The notes: generated by a model not told the origin, from the letters alone. A stretch of 32,000 nucleotides of DNA from Candidatus Syntropharchaeum caldarium (GCA_001766815.1 LYOS01000004.1:103610-135609), one strand, 5' to 3'; counted from the stretch's first letter, positions 15,898 through 24,195 are shown. Translations and numbers: made by a program.

Positions 15898-17006
15898 AGA
15901 TACTTGTAACAGGTGGTGCAGGATTTATCGGATCGCACCTCGTGGATGCACTGGTCGAAGAGGGGCATGAAGTCGTTGTACTCGACTCTCTTGACCCGCA
16001 GGTACACCAGGATGAGCCAGATTACATGAATAGCAGGGCAACCTACCACTTTGGGAGAGTCGGAGACCTGACGATTCTCGAAAGAGTGCTCGAGGGCGTT
16101 GAGGTAATATTCCACGAGGCTGCTGCAGTCGGCGTTGGACAGAGCATGTACGAGATTGCGCGCTACGTGGAGGCAAACACCTTCGAGACCGCGAGGATGC
16201 TTGACCAGATCGTGAACCATGAGAACCAGGTTAAAAGAATCGTGGTCGCATCATCGATGAGCATCTATGGAGAAGGCGCTTATGAGTGTGAGGACTGCGG
16301 CGTCGTCTATCCCGAGTTGAGATCAGATGAACAGATGAAGAGACGGATCTGGGAGATGCAGTGCCCAGAGTGTGGTAAGACCACAAAACCGCTTCCAACA
16401 GACGAAGAGAAGCCACTCAAGCCGAGATCGATCTATGCAATCACAAAAAGAGATCAAGAGGAGATGTGCCTCTCAGTTGGGCAAGCATACGGGATTCCAA
16501 CCACTGCACTTCGCTACTTCAATGTCTATGGACCAAGACAATCCCTGAGCAATCCCTACACAGGCGTCTGTGCAATATTCTCATCCCGAATAAAAAACAA
16601 CAATCCTCCCCTAATCTTTGAAGATGGACTCCAGACAAGGGATTTCATAAGTGTGCACGATATCATCAAGGCAAACATACTTGCGATGAAAAAGAGAAGT
16701 GGAGACTATGAGACCTTCAACGTGGGAACCGGGAATGCAATCTCGATCCTTGAAGTGGCAGAGAAACTCACAGAGCTTTATAGCAGTGACGTCAAGCCTG
16801 AAATTGTAAATAAGTTCAGAGCAGGAGATATAAGGCACTGTTTCGCCGACACAAGAAAGATAGAACAGAAACTCGGGTTCAAACCAGAGCATTCGTTTGA
16901 AGAAGGAATGAGAGAACTTGTTGCATGGGGAGAAAAGGTAGAAGCAGAGGACGAGTTTGAACAGGCTTATGAAGAACTCAAGGTGAAGGGGCTGGTTGAA
17001 GAATGA
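15894..17006 (+). CDS. Extended-SDR NAD-dependent sugar epimerase/dehydratase with an inserted CxxC...CxxC (zinc-ribbon-like) segment
   Basis: 370 aa. [24 protein letters not shown] (YxxxK), [10 protein letters not shown]. Between the Ser and Tyr catalytic positions lies [34 protein letters not shown] (Cys132, 135, 157, 160). Confidence 0.8.
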   Translation: MKILVTGGAGFIGSHLVDALVEEGHEVVVLDSLDPQVHQDEPDYMNSRATYHFGRVGDLTILERVLEGVEVIFHEAAAVGVGQSMYEIARYVEANTFETARMLDQIVNHENQVKRIVVASSMSIYGEGAYECEDCGVVYPELRSDEQMKRRIWEMQCPECGKTTKPLPTDEEKPLKPRSIYAITKRDQEEMCLSVGQAYGIPTTALRYFNVYGPRQSLSNPYTGVCAIFSSRIKNNNPPLIFEDGLQTRDFISVHDIIKANILAMKKRSGDYETFNVGTGNAISILEVAEKLTELYSSDVKPEIVNKFRAGDIRHCFADTRKIEQKLGFKPEHSFEEGMRELVAWGEKVEAEDEFEQAYEELKVKGLVEE

Positions 17007-17051
17007 AGATATGCTAGAAATGAAAATTCCTAGTGCAAGAAGATAGATAGC

Positions 17052-17759
17052 ATGTATAAAGATAAAAAAGTCTCAGTTGTAATGCCAGCATATAACGAGG
17101 AAGAAAATATACACACAGCTGTGAAAGAGTTTGGATCTATACAGGAAGTTGATGAAGTGATAGTTATCAATAATAATTCAACCGATGCGACTGGGGAGCT
17201 AGCGGCAAAAGTCGGTGCTATTGTTGTTAATGAGCCAAGACAGGGTTATGGGTATGCCTGTCAGCGAGCACTTGGAGAGGCGAGTGGTGACCTGATAATA
17301 TTGGTTGAACCTGATGGAACTTTTAGTGCACACGATGTCGAGAAATTCTTGGCATATAGTAATGACTTTGATTTTGTGATAGGAACAAGAACATCTAAGG
17401 AGATGATATATGAAGGCGCAAATATGGGTAAATTTTTAAAATGGGGTAATTGGGCACTTGCCAAACTGATTGAGGTTCTTTTCAATGGTCCTTCATTGAC
17501 AGATGTTGGCTGCACCTATCGGTTAATAAAAAAAAGCGCTTTAGGAAAGATAAAAGATAAATTTTCGGTGGGAGGGTCGCATTTTTCACCAGAAATGATG
17601 ATATTAGCCATCAAATCAGGTATCTCCATGATTGAAATCCCAGTAAGCTACAGAACAAGAAAAGGGTCGTCTAAAATTACGGGGAAAAAGTTGCCAGCGT
17701 TCAAATTAGGCTTGGTGATGATAAAAACAATCCTGAGATATAAAATTGCGGGACGATGA
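17052..17759 (+). CDS. GT2 polyprenyl-phosphate sugar synthase-like glycosyltransferase (DPM1/ArnC/GtrB type, soluble form)
   Basis: 235 aa. VSVVMPAYNEEENI, VIVINNNSTDAT, DLIILVEPDGTF (DxD-like), then GTR...YRL. No C-terminal TM helices. Confidence 0.8.
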   Translation: MYKDKKVSVVMPAYNEEENIHTAVKEFGSIQEVDEVIVINNNSTDATGELAAKVGAIVVNEPRQGYGYACQRALGEASGDLIILVEPDGTFSAHDVEKFLAYSNDFDFVIGTRTSKEMIYEGANMGKFLKWGNWALAKLIEVLFNGPSLTDVGCTYRLIKKSALGKIKDKFSVGGSHFSPEMMILAIKSGISMIEIPVSYRTRKGSSKITGKKLPAFKLGLVMIKTILRYKIAGR

Positions 17760-17773
17760 GGAAGGTGGGTTGA

Positions 17774-18142
17774 ATGCAAGCAATGTTAGCAATTCTGGTT
17801 TGTGTGGTCATCAATTCTATCGCTCAAATCTTTTTGAAGGTTGGTATCAGTGATCTGGGCAAAAAATTCTCTTTAAGCTCAACCCTTCTCACATCGCTTA
17901 TCACGAATACGTATGTCGTTTTTGGTGCTGTCCTCTATGGAATAAGTTTTATTCTGTGGTTGTATGTACTATCAAAGGTTAAGGTGAGCTATGCATATCC
18001 TTTCATAAGTTTGAGCTATGCACTGGTGGCAGTTCTGGGCTTCTTTTTGCTCGATGAGAAGATATCATTCGATGCATGGATGGGTATTTGCTTGGTGGTT
18101 GTAGGTGTGGTATTGATCGGCATGAACATTGGTGGTACGTGA
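17774..18142 (+). CDS. Small 4-TM EamA/SMR-like membrane protein (ArnE/ArnF-type putative polyprenyl-P-sugar flippase)
   Basis: 122 aa with four hydrophobic helices. VSYAYPFISLSYALVAVLGFFLLDEKIS...GICLVVVGVVLIG resembles ArnE/ArnF and half-size DMT proteins. It is sandwiched between the GT2 and GT-C genes. GGTGGGT SD-like element upstream. Confidence 0.65.
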   Translation: MQAMLAILVCVVINSIAQIFLKVGISDLGKKFSLSSTLLTSLITNTYVVFGAVLYGISFILWLYVLSKVKVSYAYPFISLSYALVAVLGFFLLDEKISFDAWMGICLVVVGVVLIGMNIGGT

Positions 18143-18146
18143 TGCA

Positions 18147-19796
18147 ATGAGATTTGATTTTCTAAAGAACAAAAACTTCTTGATTATTTTATTTATTATT
18201 TTTTATTTTGTGTTGGTTATTCCACAGATCACGGGGCTATTTGTAAGTGATGAGGTTGATTTCATCAATGCAGCACGTGGAGTTGTGACCAGTGGCATAC
18301 CAATCTACGAAGGAGCAGGTAACGTCATGAAAATAGGACTGTGGCATCCCACGCTTTACGTGAATATATTGGCGACGTCTTTTAAGCTCTTTGGCGTTCA
18401 TGAATGGAGTGCAAGAATAATTTCGGTTATTTTTACTTTGCTTACCCTTTTGGTGGTTTATCTAATCATGAAGTACCTTGCTTTTTTGGATTTCTCAAAA
18501 GTGTTAGCAATTTCGATTTTCTTGTTCAATCCCCTAGTCGTTCAAGGCTCACTTCTCGTAGATATAGACAATAGTGTCCTGATGTTTTTCATCGCACTCT
18601 TCGTTTATGCATACCTAAAACTGGATAGAGAGAAGCCAAAAAATTTGCTGTTGCTCGGTATTTTGTTTGCAATAGCTCTCTGGGCGAAAATCCCAACTCC
18701 GCCTGTGCTTATTTTAAGTATCCTTATTTTTCACACATTAAACCGGGAGTATAAAAAAGGATTGCAGGAAACCATCGTGATTGGACTTGTCGGAGGCACA
18801 GTATTCCTCACTACATGGATTTTATATTGCGACTTTTTTGATTTGCCATTTTTGCAGCCCTTTATACATAATATTGGGTATATAGGTGTTGGCACAAATA
18901 AAATGCATTTCTTACTGACACATCTGTGGGGATTTAAGAATATATTATTTTGGGCGACTCCATTCTTTATTCTTCCGATATTAATTATTTCTATAAATAG
19001 GGCGAAAATTTATCTTAAAAATAGAAAATTAGAAGCAATAGATTTTCTTGTTATTGTGGGTCTATTAATTTTCCTTGAGTATCTCATCGTCGGCTCTTAT
19101 CAGACGGCGGACTTTCCAAGGTATTTTTCGCCAATGATGCCCATGTTCTCCGTGGTTTTTGCTGGCTATTTTGGGATGGTTAAAGAGTTAACAAGAAAGG
19201 ACTTGCATGTAGTCTCTTTCGTCTCATTGATTATAATTGCCTATTTAATTTTAGTGTTAAAAGACCCTTTATTGATTGACAGAGTTATTTTTAACACAGG
19301 TGCTATATACAAAATAGTGGAAGAAACGGCTGTGGTGACTGTGCTGTATCTCCTTCCATTTATCATTTCGTATACGATTTTTAGAGCATTAAAAGTAAAA
19401 ACTGCTTTTATGCTTTCGATTATAGTGCCTCTACTTATGTGCGGCGTTTATATAGATGCTATACAGGTTAAAGCGGATTATGCCACCGCCTATTTCTACG
19501 GAGAAAGCGGTATGAAAGATACGATTGATTATTTAAGTCCTCGTATTGATGATAATGATGCTGTGATAGCAAAGAAAGATGTAGCATATTATTTGGCAGT
19601 AAAAGAGCTCTACGAACTGCCAAAGAGTGCGGAAGAACTTGAAAAACTGATCGAGAACAGAGACATCGAATACATTATACTAAAGAAAGAAGGTTATTTT
19701 ACATCATTGAGATATAAGGATGTGACTGAGCTGATAGACACAAAATATGAACTTGATAAGGAGTTTGGAGACTATAAAGTGTACAAGATAGGATAG
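18147..19796 (+). CDS. GT-C fold polytopic glycosyltransferase (ArnT / PMT, GT39/GT83-like)
   Basis: About 549 aa from ATG 18147 (the ORF-track TTG at 18129 is an alternative). More than 10 predicted TM helices. First loop has VSDEVDFINAARG (DE motif), then WHPTLY and HEWSARIISVIFTLLTLLVVYLIMK, typical of the ArnT/PMT family. Soluble C-terminal domain of about 90 aa. Confidence 0.75.
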   Translation: MRFDFLKNKNFLIILFIIFYFVLVIPQITGLFVSDEVDFINAARGVVTSGIPIYEGAGNVMKIGLWHPTLYVNILATSFKLFGVHEWSARIISVIFTLLTLLVVYLIMKYLAFLDFSKVLAISIFLFNPLVVQGSLLVDIDNSVLMFFIALFVYAYLKLDREKPKNLLLLGILFAIALWAKIPTPPVLILSILIFHTLNREYKKGLQETIVIGLVGGTVFLTTWILYCDFFDLPFLQPFIHNIGYIGVGTNKMHFLLTHLWGFKNILFWATPFFILPILIISINRAKIYLKNRKLEAIDFLVIVGLLIFLEYLIVGSYQTADFPRYFSPMMPMFSVVFAGYFGMVKELTRKDLHVVSFVSLIIIAYLILVLKDPLLIDRVIFNTGAIYKIVEETAVVTVLYLLPFIISYTIFRALKVKTAFMLSIIVPLLMCGVYIDAIQVKADYATAYFYGESGMKDTIDYLSPRIDDNDAVIAKKDVAYYLAVKELYELPKSAEELEKLIENRDIEYIILKKEGYFTSLRYKDVTELIDTKYELDKEFGDYKVYKIG

Positions 19797-19815
19797 TATT
19801 GGAGGTTGTCGAAGA

Positions 19816-20847
19816 ATGAAGATCCTTGTAACAGGCGGTGCTGGCTTTGTTGGTTCGCATCTCTGCGAGCACTTTGCAGGAGAGGGCTTCGAAGTGATTG
19901 CACTTGACAATCTCAAGCGCGGCGAAGTTCTCGGGAAGAAGATCAACTCAAGGTACAATGTAGACTTTTTAAAAAGCCTTGAGGGTGTTGAATTTGTGGA
20001 AGGAGATATAACCAGGTTTTCAACCCTGAAGGAAGCATCGAAGAATGCTGATGTGATCATCCATACAGCGGCGCAGGTGGCTGTGACAGCATCACTTGAA
20101 GACCCGCGAAGGGACTTCGAGATAAATGCCCTTGGCACGTTCAACGTACTTGAGGCTGCAAGGCTAAACGATTGTGCAGTTCTCTACTGCTCAACAAACA
20201 AGGTCTACGGGGATAATGTGAACCATATTCCGATAAGGGAGCTTGATGCGAGGTACGAGTTCGCAGATGATACGTTCAAAGACGGGATACCTGAGACGTT
20301 CCAGATAGACCATTGCGAGCACACCCCCTACGGGTCCTCGAAGCTTGCAGGCGATATCTACGTGCAGGACTATGCCCATCTCTACGGTCTAAAGACAGGC
20401 GTATTCAGGATGAGCTGCATCTATGGCACCCGCCAGTTCGGGGTTGAGGATCAGGGCTGGGTCGCATGGTTCACGATCGCAGCACTCACCGGAAAGCCGA
20501 TCACGATCTATGGTGATGGAAAACAGGTCAGAGACGTACTCTATGTAACAGACCTTGTGGCTGCATTTGATGCATTCTTGAAGAGCGGACTTGCAGGAGA
20601 GGTCTTCAATATCGGCGGGGGTCCTGAAAATACCCTCTCTCTCCTTGAGTTGATAGAGATCCTTGAAAGGCTCGCTGGTAAAGAGATAACACCCAGGTAC
20701 GATGACTGGAGACCCTCAGATCAGAAGGTGTACGTCTCTCACATAGGCAAGGCGAGAAAGCTTCTTGGATGGCGTCCGAGAGTATCGCCAGAAGAGGGTG
20801 TTGAAGAGGTCGTTTCGTGGGTGATGAAAAACAGAGATATTCTTTAA
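19816..20847 (+). CDS. Extended-SDR NDP-sugar epimerase, CDP-paratose 2-epimerase (tyvelose epimerase)-like
   Basis: 343 aa. GGAGFVGSHL, STNKVYGD, TPYGSSKLAGDIYVQDYAHLYGLKTGVFRMSCIYGTRQFGVEDQGWVAWF, GDGKQVRDVLYVTDL. This block pattern matches Salmonella RfbE-type epimerase as I recall it. GGAGGT SD 9 nt upstream. Confidence 0.75.
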   Translation: MKILVTGGAGFVGSHLCEHFAGEGFEVIALDNLKRGEVLGKKINSRYNVDFLKSLEGVEFVEGDITRFSTLKEASKNADVIIHTAAQVAVTASLEDPRRDFEINALGTFNVLEAARLNDCAVLYCSTNKVYGDNVNHIPIRELDARYEFADDTFKDGIPETFQIDHCEHTPYGSSKLAGDIYVQDYAHLYGLKTGVFRMSCIYGTRQFGVEDQGWVAWFTIAALTGKPITIYGDGKQVRDVLYVTDLVAAFDAFLKSGLAGEVFNIGGGPENTLSLLELIEILERLAGKEITPRYDDWRPSDQKVYVSHIGKARKLLGWRPRVSPEEGVEEVVSWVMKNRDIL

Positions 20848-20852
20848 TTCGG

Positions 20853-22583
20853 ATGAAAATATCGCTGGTAATCCCACTTCAGAACGAGGAAGAGAACCTC
20901 CCAGAGCTCATAAACAGACTTGTACCTACACTGAGATCCAGTGTAAAGACTGAAGACTACGAGCTTCTTCTGGTTAATGATAACAGCACTGATGGAACTG
21001 CAACTCTGATCGATAGATACGCAGCTGAAGATCCAAAGATCCGTGCGGTGCACAGACGTATTGCGCCAGGCTTCGGGAACGCTATAAAAGAGGGCTTCAG
21101 AGATGCAACCGGAGATATTATAATCCCCTTCATGGGCGATCTCTCGGATGATCCAGAGGATATCGTAAAGCTTGTGCAAAAGATTGAGGAGGGGTATGAT
21201 CTGGTGTATGGTTCAAGATTCATCAAGGATGGTTCTGCATCCGACTACTCTCTATTGAAGCTCATCGCGAACCGGGCATTCAACAATCTGGTGCGTCTGC
21301 TCTACGGTATGCAGGAGAGGGACGTTACAAATGCGTTCAAGGCTTACAGAAAAGAGGTGCTCGAAAGAATCGGAGAACTTGAGGCAGAAGGCTTCGATTT
21401 AACCGTGGAAATTCCATTAAAGGCTCATATTCGCGGTTTTAAGGCTGGAGAGGTTCCAGTGCACTGGCATGGCAGGACGAGGGGTGAAGCCAAGTTAAAA
21501 TTATCGCAGAATGGATCCTTGTATGGCAAGCGTCTCCTCAAGCTCTTTATATGGGGTAACACCATCGCCCTGAAAGACCTCTTCCAGCAGACGATCAAGG
21601 GATCTCCCATCCATATAATTATAGCTCTTTTTATCGGTCTACTGATACTTGCAGGCATCCTCTTTTTAAGTGGATTGTCCGGGGTGTATTTGAGCATAAA
21701 GAACGCAAATCTGTACTTCTTTCTCGCCTCTTGCCTCGCAGTCTTCATGGCATTTCCACTGCGAACATGGCGCTGGAGCATACTGCTCCGAACCTCTGGT
21801 CACACGCTGCCGAGAAATATAATCTTCAATGCACTGCTCTTCGGGTGGTTTATGAACTATCTGCTCCCTGCAAGAGTGGGAGATATCACACGGGGCGTGG
21901 CACTCAAAACCACCGCCAACGTGCCACTCGGAGTTGCCCTGATGACAATCATAATCGAACGAATCCTCGATATGATCATGCTTGGCTTGCTCCTCACCCC
22001 TGCTCTGCTTTTCCTTGCACCGAAGAGGTTTCTATCTATTGGAGGCGGGGTTAGCGTGATAATCTTCCTGCTGATCTTCTCTCTCTTCCTCGTCTATAGA
22101 TTCGATTATCTGATAACAAAAAAGCTCAAAAATAGATTTGCAGGCGTACACGACTCCATCAGAGAACTGAAAGAAGGTTTGTATGCAATCACTAAAAACC
22201 CGGCTGCAATGGGACTGTGCCTTATTCTATCACTCCCGATATGGATCTTTGAGATCACAAGCATCTACCTCGCTGCAAAGGCGGTACACGTCAACATCCC
22301 ATTCTTCTCCGCAATTGCAGCAGGAGTTACAACATTCATCCTGCAGGCACTCCCACTCACCCCTGCGGGAATTGGAATACACGAAGGATCAATAGCAGGC
22401 GTGCTCGCACTATTCGAGATTCCCCTCAAGGCTGGAACCTCGTTAGCACTCCTTGACCACCTTGCAAGAGCAGTGATAGTCTACCTCTTCGGGGCAATAG
22501 CTACAGTACACATCGGATTCCAATCAAGAAGATACTTTAATAGGTTTAATCGGCAAAGGAGTGAAGACGATGGAGCGCCGTGA
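20853..22583 (+). CDS. Fusion protein: GT2 polyprenyl-phosphate sugar synthase domain + UPF0104 / MprF-TM (flippase-like) membrane domain
   Basis: About 576 aa from ATG 20853 (the ORF-track GTG at 20817 overlaps the preceding gene). N-terminal ISLVIPLQNEEENL, LLLVNDNSTDGT, MGDLSDDPED, YGSRF are DPM1-like. The C-terminal ~300 aa form about 8 TM helices with FPLRTWRWSILLR and LPARVGDITRG, typical of the LPG-synthase-TM/UPF0104 family. Confidence 0.8.
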   Translation: MKISLVIPLQNEEENLPELINRLVPTLRSSVKTEDYELLLVNDNSTDGTATLIDRYAAEDPKIRAVHRRIAPGFGNAIKEGFRDATGDIIIPFMGDLSDDPEDIVKLVQKIEEGYDLVYGSRFIKDGSASDYSLLKLIANRAFNNLVRLLYGMQERDVTNAFKAYRKEVLERIGELEAEGFDLTVEIPLKAHIRGFKAGEVPVHWHGRTRGEAKLKLSQNGSLYGKRLLKLFIWGNTIALKDLFQQTIKGSPIHIIIALFIGLLILAGILFLSGLSGVYLSIKNANLYFFLASCLAVFMAFPLRTWRWSILLRTSGHTLPRNIIFNALLFGWFMNYLLPARVGDITRGVALKTTANVPLGVALMTIIIERILDMIMLGLLLTPALLFLAPKRFLSIGGGVSVIIFLLIFSLFLVYRFDYLITKKLKNRFAGVHDSIRELKEGLYAITKNPAAMGLCLILSLPIWIFEITSIYLAAKAVHVNIPFFSAIAAGVTTFILQALPLTPAGIGIHEGSIAGVLALFEIPLKAGTSLALLDHLARAVIVYLFGAIATVHIGFQSRRYFNRFNRQRSEDDGAP

Positions 22584-24063
22584 TACAGCGATACTCTTCG
22601 GGGCAGGTATCCTTTTCGTCATAGTAAGACTCTACATCGCAACCCTCTCATCCTATCCATTCTTTCAGGGATGGAACGAGGGGCACTACTCACTCATAGC
22701 GATGGGATACTTTGACCACTCACTCCTTCTCCCTGAACGAGGAGGCAGTATAAACTGGGCGGTTCCACCTTTTTACTCATGGCTCGTCTTTGCATCTTTC
22801 AAACTATTTGGTATCTCAGAGATGAGCGCAAGGCTGACCTCTATTCTTGGAACGATTCTCGCCATCCCCTTCATCTATCTACTGGCAAAAGAGCTTTATG
22901 AGAGGAATGTGGCAATTCTCTCGTCACTGATATTTTTGTTCATCCCATGGGTGGTGCATCTTTCAGGAAGGGTTCAGACAGATATGGTGATGACCGCGCT
23001 CATGACTGCTTCGATTGCGTGCTTTGTTTATGCTTTTAATCATAAAAGAAGTTTCCTTCCTTTTGGTATATTATTTGGATTGGCCCTCTTCACGAAACAG
23101 CCTTCGATTTTGATACTGGCAATCGTTGCAGTCTGGCTGATTCTTGCAGTTAAAAGAGATGAGAGAGTATTAATCATGAAAAAATCTATTTTTCCAATTT
23201 TAATAGGCTTAATTCCAGTTTTAGCTTATGTACTGTATCATTTACTGAACGGTAATGCCAACGGCGTTTTACAACTTGTCTATGGTGAGGGGGTGCACAG
23301 GACGGTGCCATTCTCAAACCTGAAGAATACTTTAGCTGGCATTCTCGCTGGAATTTCTCCCTTAGTCTTGATATTTTCTCTCTACGAAATTTACAAATCG
23401 AAGAATCTCAAGAATATCTTAGTCTTGTGGCTATTAGTTTATGGAATTTTTGTTCTCGCAAGAACGCCACCAAGCCACGAGTACTACATACTTCCACTGG
23501 CGGTACCATCTGCGATTTTAGCATCAAAAGGCATCTTCAGCTTTAGAGATGCACTTGCATCAGAAGAAAAGTCTCGGAAAAGGTTAGGGATCTTAGTAGC
23601 GATAATGGTCATACTCTCTACCATTCCAGTCTCGTACATTTTCTTATCCTATACTGGTGATCTGGGTTATACATGCACCAAAGATGTTATCTCTTATTTG
23701 AGCACTGAGAAAGAAGAGGAGATTGTTCTCCTTAACCCGGGCAGGTATAGCCCACAACTCAGGTGGTATTCAGAGTTGAGTGGTTCAAATATAGCGGTGG
23801 CTGGGCACCTCCCAAACGACCTTTCTTCCGTATCATTAGCAGATCTAAGGAATCTCTCAGGTGGCATAGATGCTTCAAAAATATATCTGGTGATAGATGG
23901 GCGAGGAGGACTCGAGGAGGAGTTAGAGGACGCTGGATATGAACGTGTTTATGCTTGTTATTACCTGACAAAGCTCCCAAGCATATTCTCCAATATTTAC
24001 ACCGGTGAGGAGAGCAAGCGTAAATACTTTGAGCAGCATTTATCAATCTATGAATTGAAGTGA
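22561..24063 (+). CDS. GT-C fold polytopic glycosyltransferase (ArnT / PMT, GT39/GT83-like), second copy
   Basis: 500 aa from GTG 22561 (ATG at 22570 is an alternative). It overlaps the preceding gene. GWNEGHYSLIAMGYF in the first loop, ISEMSARLTSILGTILAIPFIYLLAKELY, FTKQPS. Multiple TM helices plus a soluble C-terminal domain. Confidence 0.75.
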   Translation: MKTMERRDTAILFGAGILFVIVRLYIATLSSYPFFQGWNEGHYSLIAMGYFDHSLLLPERGGSINWAVPPFYSWLVFASFKLFGISEMSARLTSILGTILAIPFIYLLAKELYERNVAILSSLIFLFIPWVVHLSGRVQTDMVMTALMTASIACFVYAFNHKRSFLPFGILFGLALFTKQPSILILAIVAVWLILAVKRDERVLIMKKSIFPILIGLIPVLAYVLYHLLNGNANGVLQLVYGEGVHRTVPFSNLKNTLAGILAGISPLVLIFSLYEIYKSKNLKNILVLWLLVYGIFVLARTPPSHEYYILPLAVPSAILASKGIFSFRDALASEEKSRKRLGILVAIMVILSTIPVSYIFLSYTGDLGYTCTKDVISYLSTEKEEEIVLLNPGRYSPQLRWYSELSGSNIAVAGHLPNDLSSVSLADLRNLSGGIDASKIYLVIDGRGGLEEELEDAGYERVYACYYLTKLPSIFSNIYTGEESKRKYFEQHLSIYELK

Positions 24064-24163
24064 AAAGATAGAGCAGATTGATGAAAAGAGCGCCATAGAT
24101 CTCTGTATGGTTACACCGGAAATAGAAGAATGAGCGGAAGGTTTTGAAAAGTAAAACAATTGA

Positions 24164-24172
24164 TTTTATATA
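24164..24172 (+). promoter_or_regulatory. Candidate TATA box (TTTTATATA) for the flippase gene
   Basis: Centred about 27 nt upstream of GTG 24196, consistent with a leaderless transcript. Pattern only. Confidence 0.35.
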
Positions 24173-24195
24173 AGCAAAAAAGAAAGTGATAATTT

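Noticed and set aside
15573-16220. 215-aa minus-strand ORF spanning the uxs / SDR gene junction
   Set aside because: It lies antisense to two strongly recognisable genes in a ~50% GC region. The Ser/Leu/Arg-rich translation has no recognisable motif, which is typical of a shadow ORF.
19704-20144. 146-aa minus-strand ORF opposite the tyvelose-epimerase-like SDR
   Set aside because: It is antisense to a clearly conserved SDR and has a low-complexity Ser/Pro-rich translation.
20817-20852. GTG-initiated 12-codon extension of the GT2-flippase fusion; similarly TTG 18129 for GT-C 1
   Set aside because: The extension overlaps the end of the preceding gene. ATG 20853 gives the canonical GT2 N-terminus (MKISLVIPLQNEEENL), and ATG 18147 follows a GGTGG element. 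The longer starts are kept only as alternatives.
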